From positions 84,508,001-84,572,000 of the forward strand of contig NC_045696.1 in NCBI RefSeq assembly GCF_009834535.1: DNA of 64,000 nt. The letters run 5' to 3'. The position numbers and the translations under genes were made by a program. The notes under the pieces were generated by a model that was not told the DNA's origin, did no database searches, and was given only the letters and a program-made list of their open reading frames with translations. Source of the DNA: Camelus ferus (lineage: Eukaryota). Shown here piece by piece: positions 48,029-60,655 of this stretch (the stretch's first letter is position 1; the number at the start of each line of letters is the position of its first letter).

Positions 48029-50789
48029 ACAAATAACAAGAAGACAATACAAAGTATGATATTAAAAGTAGTAAAAATGTTCAGTAGTCTCAATCATTGG
48101 ATTAAGAAAAAAGAATTATCTTCATGTATAACATCTCTCAATAATAAATTAAATGTTAAGACTTACACTCTCGTAAATGTTAGCCTCCAATTTTAATTGA
48201 CTAACCAATGTTATAAAAAGAAAAACAACTGGGAGACCTCTCCATATCTTTCACAGGTAATGGAAAAGTATGATCATACCTAAACATGTAGAATGAGTAC
48301 TATATCTCTTCACCATAACCTTTAGACAGAGATGTTTCCATATGAGAGATAAATGTATGGCACACCCGGGGCTCTGGAGCTTACACTGTCATGCAAAAGT
48401 TTACAAAAAAAAAAAAAATCATGGGAAGATTTACAAATCTATGTTCTCCTTTGGTACCCACAACATTTGGTACCAGATAAATATTGATGTTTTCTTTTCA
48501 TAAGTAAAATAACAGCCTCAGAATGTATATGTAATTTTCTTATTTGGATATCTAAGTAAGGAATAAAAAAGTCAAACTTTATTCCGACTCCTCATCCCAT
48601 ATTCTTTCCATTTTATCATGCTGCCTAATAATCTGTTTAAAACATTTTAACCAGGCACATAAATGCAGGTTTAAAATAAAAACTTTATTTTGACTTAGAA
48701 CTTATTTGTATTTTAAGTACTAACATGAGGTGTTCTCTATGCCTTTGTTCAGATGAAGTGTTGTGAGATCAGTCCACAGAAGCTACTACCAAAATTTGTG
48801 TTATTATTTGATTTCTTATTAATGAGGAGAGGTATACTGCACAGTTCACAACTGGTCACAGCCTGTGGGCATTTATCAGGCAAACACATTTATCAGCTCT
48901 TCATTTTGGAAAGCTCTGCATATTGATAATGACTACCATAGGCATTTTTCAGCAGTAGAGAATAGAGCTCAGCTAATAATGATAGCTAATGGGACTATTT
49001 CCCAATAAAGAAGATAGAATACAGTGATTTTTCTCCACTGGAGCTGCTGCTGTGATTAAATTTCTTTGATAACTTGGGAAGTATGTCTGGATAACCTTAA
49101 CTACTCCTACATTATGAACTTCTTTTCCTAATGAAGATGAGGAACTCTTAAAAATAATATGCAGAAAATATCTCATACCAGTGCAAACTTAACTTAGTAA
49201 ATGCACTGTCTGTCATCAGATTAACTAGATTAACTAGCTAATGACTAGAGGTGTTGGTGCACTTGATAGGGGTGTGATAGAAAGAACCCAGTACAGTGGT
49301 TGTGTTAATTTACCTGGAATATCTTTTCTAATCTGGAGGTTCTTTGTTTCTTTGATTCAGTGATAGATATGGACTTGGTATCTTCTGCTTCAGAAAAATT
49401 ATTCCTAAATGTATTTTTGGTCTCCAGAATTTGAGTTTGTATGCCAGAAGCTTGTTGTGAAAGGTGAATAAGAGAATTTGAAGTCCTTCTGAACCTAGAG
49501 GAAGAAAGAGCTAACTGGGCAGGCAGTGTTGACAGCGTTGTGGGACTGTGTCTGAGCAAAGTGACAGTACAGCAAGATCTTGAACTGTGGGTGCTGGGTG
49601 GTTCTTTCCCAGGCCCCCTTATGTGGAAGGGGAGGTTTGCGGGGAAATGCTCAGGCTTGGTAAAAAGCATGGGGAAAGGCACTGAAGAATGAAATCATTT
49701 ATTGAGGTTTGAAAATAATTGGTACTCAAGCATTTCCAGACAATAGTGGGGATGTGTATGTGTTAGGGTGATGGGTGTTAGGGGACAGCTAGGAGAGGCA
49801 CTTCTGGGGCAGATCCTTACCTTTATGAATGAAACTAGAAGTCATATATTTGAAATATTATGCCATCGTTGTACATTGAATAACATGCTTGACTTATATG
49901 ACTAAATTAAATCATGTATTTTATTCACAGTAGTGGAGTTGCATTAGAATACAAAGGTTAATTTTGAGGGCAAAACTGAACAAATTGTGTTCTCACACTT
50001 CAAAATGCATTGGTAAATGATACTAAGAAAATACATGAACATTTGCCAAGGACAAAATTCATGCTCAAGAGACAAATATGTATTAAATATAGCCTTAATA
50101 TCACATTCACCATATAATTGAAAATTTGTGCTATGTGATTTCATAAATATCAAAAACTTTAATGTTCTTAAGTCCATGTAAAAACTTGAAGATTTCTAGT
50201 GGGAAAAAACAGATGAGTTTACATTATTATAAACAAGGTGATTTCCATAAAGCATTAGAATTGTCATTTGTAATAAAAGGTGACCATTTGAATCATATGA
50301 TCTCCAAACGAGTAGTTGTGCTAACAACCTCTTACCTTCAGTATTTGGCAAAATTCTTGGAGGGGCCTTGAGGAAATTTTGAATAAGAAATAGCATTTTT
50401 ATCTTTATTGAAATACAGTTATTTTTCTCTTATGCAAGAAAGACAATCCAAAGTTGGAGCTCCTTAGTTAAAAGTAAAATAAAGTATTATAAACTTCGAT
50501 GCATTTATTCTATAATTTCTACACCCTTGTACAAAATTATACTTGCTATATATTAAAATTATTATGAAAAATTATAAGAAGTAAATGTGGCTAGACAGTA
50601 AGATAGTCAAAGTACAGAGGTCTGATCTTTCTGAATGCACTGCCAGGCAGACAGGGATGTTAGAGTTTTAATATTCAAAATTTAATAAAATATACATATG
50701 CACATATTACATATTATGTTATATGATATGTGATTATATATGTAATTTATATATATAGTATAGGTAATATATTAAAATAACATAATTAG

Positions 50790-51310
50790 TAGAAATTTTT
50801 CCAAAGAAGATACACAAATGGCCAACAAGCATATGACAAGATTCTCACCATTATTATTCACTGGAGAAATGCAAATCAAAACCATGATGAGATATGATTT
50901 CACCCATATGAGGATGGTTATTATCTTAAAAAAATAGAAAATACAAGTGTTGGTGAGTATGTAGAGAAATTGGAACCCTCATACATTGCTGATGGGAATG
51001 TAAAATGGTTCAGTAGGTATGGAAAACAGTTTGGTGTTTCCTTGCAAAGTTATATTTAGAACAACTGTATGATGCTGGAATTCTACTCCTCATACGTATC
51101 CGAAAGAATTGAAAACAAGTATTCAAGTAAGTACATGTATATAGATATTCACAGTTGCACTATTAATGTAAAAAGGTAGAAACAGCCCAATGTCCATCAA
51201 AAGATAAATAGATAAATACATTGTGGCATATACATACAATAAAACATTATTCAGCCATCAAAAAGAATATTATTCATTCATAAGAAACAATGAAATTCTG
51301 ATTCATGCTA
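50790..51310 (+). mobile_element. L1MB-like ORF2 end and 3' UTR
   Basis: ttccaaagaagatacacaaatggccaacaagcatatga...gaaatgcaaatcaaaacc...ggaaccctcatacattgctgatgggaatgtaaaatgg. Confidence 0.9.
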
Positions 51311-51311
51311 T

Positions 51312-51489
51312 TGTATAATAACAAGCATTTGGTCTTTGTCCCTATTCCTGACATATAGCTAAAATGCTTAGAATTTTCTGAGTGATGGGAGTGTCTTTTA
51401 TTATTCATAAAGAGCCCCTTTTAATCACATATAAGTTTATGCTAAGAAGGTGACTTCGTTTGGGGCCCCTAGGTAGTTTCAGGATGGGA
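51312..51489 (+). mobile_element. MER21-family LTR 5' fragment
   Basis: atttggtctttgtccctattcctgacatatagct...gaattttctgagtgatgggagtgtcttttattattcataa...ggcccctaggtagtttcaggatggg. Confidence 0.85.
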
Positions 51490-51534
51490 TATTATCCTAA
51501 AATAAAAGTTCCCACTACAAAAAAAAAAAGGCAA

Positions 51535-52030
51535 GTTCATATTTCATGACCCTGCAATTCTATTCCTAGGTATATATTCAGCATATATCTACACATATGC
51601 ACCATAAATCATACATAGAAACATTTATAGGGATACTATTCAAAATAAACTCCCCAAATGGCACAAACCAAAAATCTATCATTCATAGTATAAAGAAACA
51701 AAACTGATAGCATAATGGCAATAAGAATGAAAGAACTATGACTAAGTCAATATGGGTGACCCAAACACTGCTGTTTAGTGAAAGAAGCCGAACACAAAAG
51801 GGTACATAATATGTTGTCTGACTCATATAAAGTTCAAAAACAGAAGAAACCAATCTATGGTGTCACAGATTAGTATAATGGTTAAATTTGGATGTGGTTT
51901 AGGGACTGAATGGGGCATAGCAGGTAACAATATTCTGTTTTTTAAATTGGGTCCAGCTTACACACATGTATTTATTTAGTTGGTGAAAATTTGTTAAGCT
52001 ATTTAAGATTTGTGCAATCTTCTGTATATA
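51535..52030 (+). mobile_element. L1ME-like 3' end
   Basis: catgaccctgcaattctattcctaggtatata...gtgaaagaagccgaacacaaaag...atataaagttcaaaaacag...tatacttcaataaaa. Confidence 0.8.
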
Positions 52031-52084
52031 CTTCAATAAAAATTTTAATAAACAAGAAAAAATGGAATAAAGTCAAACCAAAAA

Positions 52085-52308
52085 AATGACGGCAAGACTT
52101 CATGACACATTTACTGGTATCATGAGTAAGAAGACATGAATGACCCCCAGGTTTCCAGTATGAATGACTGGGTGATTGATATCACCATTCACTGTGACAA
52201 ACACATTAAAAATTGAAGGAAAATAGGGTTTGTTGTATAAATATACATACACACACACACATATATATATATTTTATGTATATATACACACACACACACA
52301 TATATATG

Positions 52309-52366
<58 letters not shown>

Positions 52367-52910
52367 ATTTAAGAAAACTGTGAGACATCTAAGGAAAAAT
52401 ACAGGAGTTTGACTAGCAAGAGAAAGTCCTGTGTAAACTTGAGAAAATAGAAGAATGCTGAGAAGGACATCTTTCAAGAAATGAGAAGGTTGGGAAGAAT
52501 ATGTGGTGCTGGAAGAGAATATAACTTACGTGGTTTTTAAGTTTAACATCCCAGATGTCAGCAAGATATTCATGTGGACATATTTCAGACAACAGAAGAG
52601 AATGTGGAAAGTCAGTGTTTAGGTGGTAGGCATGGTTGTCTTTCACTTGTGTGACAAAAAGTAATTGTTTTTTGAGGGTTGAGAATGTAATATAGAGAAG
52701 ATGGTTAAATTGACTAAAAAGATTCTTGGTTATTGGGAGGTAACTACGATTAATGAGACAGAAAAAAGAAGATACACAGAAAAGTGGTGAACCATGAGAA
52801 TGAAAAAAGCATAAAGATTTTGGGGAATAAGTAATAAGCATCTTGACCTCATATACGACTTCCTTAGTGGTTAAGCATGACAATTGAAGGAAGACTGCCA
52901 CGCTGGGTAA
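52085..52910 (-). mobile_element. L2 fragment containing a complex (CA)/(TA) microsatellite at about 52240-52366
   Basis: tgacccccaggtttccagtatgaatgactgggtg; tgtgagacatctaagg; gtttaggtggtaggcatggttg. Confidence 0.6.
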
Positions 52911-53079
52911 AGAATCCAATGTTACATAAATGTTATAATATTTAAATAAACAACAGAAACAAAGCAAATAAATAACTTAGTATCTTTAAAATTTAATAAT
53001 ATTAATAACTTAATATCAAAATTAAATGATTTTAATAAAACAAAAATAATAAAATATTGAATTTAAGCAAATAAGAATG

Positions 53080-53450
53080 ACAATGGAATGATATGAAAAA
53101 GAAAAAAGCTATATTTATAATAATGTTCACTAGTGAGTTATCACACTGAATATTTAAAACAATTTAAATTATCAATAAAAAGGTATAAGAAATAACTTAT
53201 ACTGTGTCCACTAGATGGAGTATGATGCAATCACTTAAAAGTGTTATGAATATATATGGAAATTGTTCATTATATAATGTTAGGTAAAATAAATATGCAA
53301 ATTTAGGTTAAAATACACATATACAAAGAATGAAATGTGCCAAAACTCTAGTGCTGAAATTACATATAAATGTTTTACTCCCATGAATTTTTCTCTATTT
53401 TTCCAATGTTTTAGTGTGAAAAATTAATTTATATTGGAAACATAATTATC
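53080..53450 (+). mobile_element. L1ME-like 3' UTR relic
   Basis: aatgttcactagtgagttat; atatggaaattgttcattatataatgttaggtaaaa. Confidence 0.55.
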
Positions 53451-53659
53451 TATAACTAAAGCCCAATTTATTTTTTCACATAAAAAATCTTTGCTCATAA
53501 ATAAAAAGTCTCTGAAGCTGAGAAAATGTCAAAGATATATTAATGGTATGATTGTTGGTCTAATAATTAGTATAGACTAACTTTGAAATAAATAGAACTC
53601 AAAATTCATAAAGCTAAAATACACTTTGAGTTTATTTCTTGCTCGAGTACCTGCACTTG

Positions 53660-54415
53660 CCTGATGAATATGTCTGCAGCCAATCATTTAGGAACCAGGC
53701 TCAGGGTGGCTTTGCAAGCTTTGATAAGTGGCTTCTAAGGTCTTGTTGGAAATCATCTCCCCTATAGCTACTGAGACAAGGAAATAAGCATGGAGAAGTG
53801 CTCATGAGAGGATTTTATGGGTCAGGCCTGAAAGGAGGTACAATCACTTGTGACTATTACTTCTTATATCTGTTTATCTATTTCTGGTAAAAAATTACCC
53901 CCAAACTCCCCAAACACAACAATTAATTTTATTCTATGGTTTGACGGAGCAGCTTTTCTGCTGGTCTTACTTTGACTTTAGCATTTGGCTATATTCAGCT
54001 GATGGATCACTTGGGAGCTAAGCTTAGGTGGACTTCTATTCCCACATGTTTCATCCTAGGCTTCTTCAAAGCACAGGCACTTCAGGGTAGTGTTTCAAGA
54101 GGATGAAAACAGAAGTTGCAATAGCCCTAAAACCTACCTCAAAGGTCACATGACACCACATCTGCTATATTCTAGTGGTTAAAACAAGACAACAGCCTGA
54201 ATTCAAAGAGATCAGAAAGGAACTCCACCTCTTGACTGGGAGAATCAGTAAGTCACATTGCAAAAGATGGAGATACAGGGAGGCATGATCCCCAGCGGCA
54301 TCACTGTAACAGGCTACCACACATCAGTTATAACTCTGATACCTGGCTATAGCTGTATAGAAATGAGATTGAGAAATGAGGCCTAACTCTGTGCCCAGGA
54401 AGAGAGGAAATTACT
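53660..54415 (-). mobile_element. Old MLT1 LTR with a second MLT1 (H-like, about 53866-54321) nested inside
   Basis: Outer: tcatttaggaaccaggct, ttttatgggtcaggcctgaaag, gagaaatgaggcctaactctgtgcccaggaagagagg. Inner: tatctatttctggtaaaaaattacccccaaact ... actccacctcttgactgggag ... ctaccaca. Confidence 0.7.
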
Positions 54416-54689
54416 CATTCTAATGAGCCACATAGACATTCTCTCACAGGACTCCAGTACTCACAGTAGGTATCTTTTTTTTTTCTTCTTCTTCTTTTTT
54501 TTCTTTTGGCTTGTGCGCTGTGTTAAGACTTTAATGGAACAGTTTGGAAGTTGAATAATATTGAAGGTTATCATTAAGTTCTATTTCTGCATTCAAGCTT
54601 TCAGTTGTAACAAAGTCTCTTGACAATTCTGTTCGAGGGACTGACTATACAATGCTTGTCATTTTGTTTGCTAACCCAGTCTTGAGCTT

Positions 54690-55140
54690 TATAGGTTTTG
54701 GCCCCAGTTGCACTCGTATCCCATGAAATTAGTGACATTACCTACTGTCTATGGGTGAAGAAACAGAAACCAGAGAGAGTGCAGTCACCCGAAGTCACAG
54801 TTTGGGTTAGTACTTTGAAAACTTTTCCATGCCATGCTAAGGGATTTGTAGTTAATCTATGTAGTGTGGCCTCTTTGCATATTTTTGAAAGGAAGAGAAA
54901 TGTTAGCAGAGTTATATTTCAGTAAAGGTAAATATGGTGACAATAAAGAAAATACATTCCTGGGTAAGTGGCTGAGGTAAGGTGCCTGATTAGATTACAG
55001 GTGATTAACGTCTGAATGAGTGTAGCTGGAGAGAGAAAGTGGATTAAGGATAATATCTGACTTGGAATTAACATGGCTCGAGAGAGCTGATGGTGAGTAG
55101 TGGAGCGGAGAAGCTGAAGCTGCTCTTTATGTTGACGGTT
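54690..55140 (-). mobile_element. MIR fragment followed by L2 fragment
   Basis: gggtgaagaaacagaaaccagagagagtgcagtcacccgaagtcacag (MIR); ccatgctaagggatttgtagttaatcta and gagagaaagtggattaagga (L2). Confidence 0.6.
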
Positions 55141-55462
55141 GCATTTAGAGGCCCCTGGCCACAGGAAGAGCGAGAGCAGGCGTGTAGCTCTCGTTTAACC
55201 TGCCAATCCTTGAGTTGTGTCAGAACTATGTATTCCCACAATGAGTGTGTTGTCGCCTAAAATATCTGTCTAACTAGGTCATCTATTCTAATTCATCCAC
55301 CCATGGGCTGCCTTTTTCAAGTTTCAACTTCTAGAGACAGTGCCGTTTTTTTTTCCCCCCTAAATTACAGAAAAATGCTGCTTAGGTAGAAACAGTCCTT
55401 GGTGGAAAAGTTGAGGATAATATCTGGGTTTATGACTTGAGTCACTGGGTCAGGTATTAGAA

Positions 55463-55613
55463 CTTTGCTTCTCAAAGTGTGGTCCTCAGAATGAAGGCAT
55501 CAGCATTGTCAGGGAGCTACTAAAAATGTAGGCTATTCAATCTGAATACTCAATCATAATCTGCATTTTAAAAAGATCACCAGGAGTTTTATACACAATG
55601 GATTGGGAAGCAG
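55463..55613. mobile_element. MER5B-like hAT-Charlie MITE
   Basis: gcttctcaaagtgtggtcct...gcatcagcatt..agggagct...aatctgcattttaaaaagatc. Confidence 0.8.
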
Positions 55614-55924
55614 TTTTTGGAGTACAGATAGTGAATGCATGCCTCAGAGTTTGGTATTAGGGAGTATTCTCTCATATGCTTGGCCAGAAAATTCCTCAGT
55701 TACAGATATAGGCCATGGGCCAACTCACACTTCGTGTTGCATCTGTAGAAAAAGTACTCAGAGGAAGCAGGTGCATTTTCAAAGCTGTGAAACAGGTAAG
55801 GGAAGAAGATGAAGCAGAAGGTGAGAAGAAGATGAAGAGAAGATTTTTTTAAATCTACATTTCAAAATTTTAGTGGTGGCACAGCTTAGTGAAGAGGAGA
55901 GAAAATGCAAGACATGTAAAAAGT

Positions 55925-56388
55925 TGTGTTAGTTCTCTAGGGCTGCTAAAACAAAGTACCAAGAACTAGGTAGTGTAAAACTATAGAAATTTATTCTCTT
56001 ATACTTGTGGAAGCTGGACCGCCAAACTCAAGGTGTCAGTAGGACCATGACCTCTCTGAAGGATCTAGGAAAGGATCTTTGCTTGACTTTTCCGGCTTCT
56101 GGTGAATTCCAGAAATCCTTGGCTTGTGTGTGTGTCACTCCAGTCACATGGCTCTCTTCTCCCTGTATGCCTTCATATGGTCTTCCTGCTATGTGTATTT
56201 GCCTTTGGGTCCCAAATGTACCCTTTTAATAAGGACAACTGTCATACGGAATTAGGGCCCATCTTCCAGACTTCTTCTTAGCAAATTACATTAGCAATAA
56301 CCCTATTTTCAAACAAGGTCTCATACTGAGGTACTGGGAGTTAGAACTTTAACATATCTCTTTGAGGGACACAATTCAACCCATAACA
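55925..56388 (-). mobile_element. MaLR solo LTR (MLT1B/C-like)
   Basis: tgtgttagttctctagggctgctaaaacaaagtacca ... aaggtctcatactgaggtactggg ... gggacacaattcaacccataaca. Confidence 0.92.
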
Positions 56389-56764
56389 AACAACATTAAC
56401 ATTTATTACAAGTTTGTTTTAGTGACATTTTAGGGACTCCCTTATAATTTATCAAAGATTTCCCACAATTATATAATATGTTTTTGAAACTAAAAAAGAA
56501 GCATACATATGGTATTAACTTAAAATAATATAAATATAGAAAGATAAAAGCTATTAAGACAGGGTCAGTTAAATCAGGAAGTCAAAATAGGCTAAACTAT
56601 AAGGTTATGAAATTTATGGTCATCGTACCAGTAAATATGCCTTAAAGTAGAGGAAAGAGATTGAATGCCAGATGCATTTAGACACCTAGACTGTAGGTTC
56701 TCAGCAGTTATTTCCATGGTTTACAACCTCATTTCTAATTAATCTCTACTCAAATTTTAATTTA

Positions 56765-57040
56765 CTACTGAGGTTCTTCCTGCCCACTCTATATAAAAGA
56801 GTAATCCTTCCTCCACTTTCAAGATTTTCCTGTTATGCTTATCACACTTTGTTTTTCTCCAAGTATCTTATTGCCCTCTGAAGTACAACTTAGTTACCTG
56901 CTTATTTCTTTATATGTCTCTTCTCCTTATAACATTCTTGAATGCTGCGACTTTCTTGTGTTGTTAACTATTATATCCAATATTACTCACCTATTCCCAC
57001 CTGGGCACACAGTAAGCACTCAACAAGGTTTTTGTTTGGC
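56765..57040 (+). mobile_element. L2 3' end
   Basis: gaggttcttcctgcccactctatataaa ... gggcacacagtaagcactcaacaagg. Confidence 0.7.
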
Positions 57041-58104
57041 TGGCACGTAACTGTCCCAAATATACACTTCACAAAATAATTACCAAAATATTTTCATTTA
57101 ATATGGAACCACAGAATCTATCTTCTATCCTTTGGAGGATAGAAAAGAGAAATATTTGCAATTGATCTAAAGACTTGATAATTAACTTTTTGCAAAATCT
57201 AGAAATTTAATAAGCTGTTTTAAAATGTACAACCAGCAAGCATGAGTTCTGTACTTTTCCACTGTCAACACATAGCATAGAAATACAGGGCAGCCAGTTA
57301 TGAAGTAGCCAATACTCTACAATAGCAATATGGCTTTCAAAAGAAGCCACAGTCTTAACAACTTGAAAAACCTACTTTCTTCAGGAAATATGATTGGATC
57401 TATGTACATATTATCAGAGTAAAGAAAACCAAGTCATAACCAAAGAACATTCACTAGAAAGGTTTTGCCAGAGAGAAAATGGAAGCGAAGACCAAATATT
57501 TTTCCGTAACTTTAAAAAAATGACATGGTTGTAGCTGAGAAACAGTTTCAAAATATAGAAATGCACAAAGTTAGGGGAAAAGATCAAAAACAAGAGGAGA
57601 TAATGAAATCTGATATAGGAAAACACAGAATAAAGTTTAAGTTAAATCATCACAGAAACCAAGCAAATTGTAAACGATGCAAGGGACACAGAATGCCCCA
57701 AATAACATACAGAAATTCACTGGGAGGCACAACAGGGCAATATGGGAACAGAAAATTCAACTGAGAAGAGAATTAGAAAGAGCATTCTACATAGTTGGCA
57801 AGTCAACTTAGAACAAAAATCAGATATATTCTAAAATTGCTGAAAATTCAAAAAAATATTGAGCAAGAAAATGAAAAATGCCAAATGACTCATAAGGAAA
57901 ACAACAGTATATCACATATTTTTCATTTATATATATAATTTATATATATATGTGTATATATATATAAAATTAACTTCAACTTGGACCTATAAATCACACT
58001 CTTTCAAATATATATTCCCTGTGCCTCTGTTAGTTCTACATTATCAGTTCCCACTGAATGGAATTGCTCATGAGGAGGAAAATATATGGTGCTATGGTGC
58101 ATTC

Positions 58105-58450
58105 AGAGATAACCATACACTAACCATGGTGCTACATTGAAAAGAAGGGTATTTCACAAATGATGATGCCTAAGATAAGTTTTGAAGAATGACTAAGAGT
58201 TAGCCAGATGCAGAAGATAGAAAATACTTTCTGGAAGATGAAAAGAGCCATAGAAGTAAGAAAAAACATGATCTTTTGAGGAACAGACACATTGTCGTGG
58301 CTTGTGTTCAGGGTTTCTGTAGGGGAGTAGGTAGAGGTGAGTTTGGAGAATTGAATCAATAACTTATCATGAATGTCTGTAAATGATATTCTAAGAATTG
58401 CTAATTTTATCTTGAATAACTAATTGTGGGACCCTTAAACAATTCTTGGT
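58105..58450 (-). mobile_element. L2 fragment
   Basis: gataagttttgaagaatgactaagagttagccagatg; ctaagaattgctaattttatcttgaa. Confidence 0.7.
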
Positions 58451-59919
58451 GCAAGCAATGCATGTGGTAAAAGAAGAAGATCAAGCTAAATAGTTGTCTG
58501 CTACACCTTCTCCAGGTCCAGGAAAACCCAACCAAGACACAAGAAGGAGTTTCCATCTTCTCCTGCCTTGACTCCTGAGACTTTCTTACAAGAGAGGATG
58601 CTGAAGGAGGGCCAGGTCAGACAAAGCGGATATGTGCCTCTGTGTTTATTGATTACACTGCTCTGATCAGATTCCACTGAAGAGGTAACATGACTGAAGC
58701 ACTCTAAAACTCTTTCCTGCTGACTCTGGTGACATAATTTGGACCTGTTTATCTATTCAATGCTGGGCCAACAGTCTGCATGAATTTATGAAATCTCATT
58801 ATTACAATGAAGATAGTCACCTTTCCTGAAATATCCCTCTATATATTAACACTTAATCTACCCAAATACAAAAACTTTTTAATGAATAGCCACTCCTATT
58901 TTGGCTGATCTGGTCATAACATGCTCTGAGCCTAAGAGAAGAGAAGGTCACAATACTACTTACTTTATGTCATTTTTTGAAATGTAGCAATAAAGATTGA
59001 ATTAAAATCTGAAGTTTCAACTAAATTCATTATTAATGTTTCTAAGCCAAAATAAGTAAGAATTATGAATGAGCTTGGGACTCATCATGTAAATTCCATA
59101 TTTCTTCAGAAAGTAAAAACTTGACAGGAAAAGTCATAATTTCACAACAGACGTTGTGTCATTTCAAATGTTTCCAATGTCACCTGTCACCATTTTATCC
59201 ATTCTTTTCACTCTAGATTGTATTTTCTCGTTGAAGATCTTAGTGTTAGGAATTCTGTTAAAGGGGTCACATGGAGGTTAAATAAGCCTTCCACGATCGA
59301 AACTCTATAAAAGAATCTGTTCTCATAAACTGTCAACTGGTGATTTTTAACTGGCACTAATTTGACAGGCTGAAAATTAAAAGAAAATGTGAGAGGATTA
59401 AAACTTTTAGCCACAAATATCATTTTCAACAGTGACTTGCTGCAAATAAAAGATTGCTCTTCAGTCTCAAATACTGAAAGAGGTGAAAATAAAATGTAAA
59501 TTGCTTTTCATACAGCATGGTGTGTATAAAATTTATGTATAATATAATGAATACAACATACGCTACCTATGTTTACTTGTATACAATTATAATATAGATA
59601 TTTAAGTAAAGATACTTTTCAGAAAACACTTCAATACACTTATTAGTACACTTACTACACTCGTCTAAATAATTGATGTTAGGGCTTCAGTAACTCAAAT
59701 AAGGAATCCTCTGAGAAAGCACTGCTTTTATCCAGTTGAAAAAAATTGATTTATTACACACAATTCATGGCATTTTGTCTATTTTTAATTGACTTCAGAA
59801 ATATACAATCATTTACATTTAAGAATTAGGCCGAATGTTCCGGGATTGGAATCTATTCCTCAGAAGAGAATTCTTAGGATGCTACTTAACGTCTTCAAGG
59901 TTTACTTCATTTTATTCAT

Positions 59920-60160
59920 TGATCCACTACGTTACTTTCTATTCTCATTCCATAGTTTACATTTTCTTTCTTTAGCACTTATCATGGGTGATTTTTTACT
60001 ATGCATTTTACTCTATCTCTTGTTTTTTATCTCACACAAGAATGTATGTTCTCTGTAAGGAAAGTTCTTTTGGTCATTTCTGTTTGCTCACTGCTATAAT
60101 TGTAGCACCTAGGAAAATACCTGGAGCATAATGGACATTCAATAAATGTTTGTTGAATAA
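59920..60160 (+). mobile_element. L2 3' end
   Basis: agcacctaggaaaatacctggagcataatggacattcaataaatgtttgttgaataaat. Confidence 0.8.
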
Positions 60161-60399
60161 ATATCTGCTACAATTTATGTTTTGTAGGAAGAAATTTGCA
60201 TCCAGAAGAATTGAGTTGTCCAAGTTTAAATGATTAGCCTGTGAAAGTTTCAGGAGCACAACCAGGTTCTGTAACACCTAGACTAATACATTTCCTGTTT
60301 CCTAAATTCTTTCATATGTGAACCTTGGACAACACGCACACACATAGGCACACTCACACATAATGTATTATAGTGACTGGAGAAGTTTCTTATTTTCTG

Positions 60400-60655
60400 C
60401 TGAATGAAAATCTGGAAAGAAAGATCAGGAATGTCTGGCAGCTATCTCTCAACCATGAGGGTAGAAGGAATTTCAACAAGTGGAAAAAGGAGATTCAGCA
60501 AGTCTGGATCCTGTTAATATCTTTGCATTCCTGTATTTACACTACAGATCTATTCCTGAATTTGTCAATAAGCTGAATAATTAGAATTCCATTTTGTTTA
60601 ACTTACTTTGGGTGGGATTTTCTGTCACTCACAGTTAAAGGAACCCTGCTAGAAT
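60400..60655 (+). mobile_element. MaLR LTR 3' part (MLT1K/L-like)
   Basis: ggcagctatctctcaaccatgagg ... tttgggtgggattttctgtcactcacagttaaagg. Confidence 0.6.

Noticed and set aside
52413..52967. Longest ORF (184 aa, minus strand)
   Set aside because: Lies largely in decayed L2 sequence, has a non-ATG start and low-complexity F/L/S composition, and shows no recognisable domain
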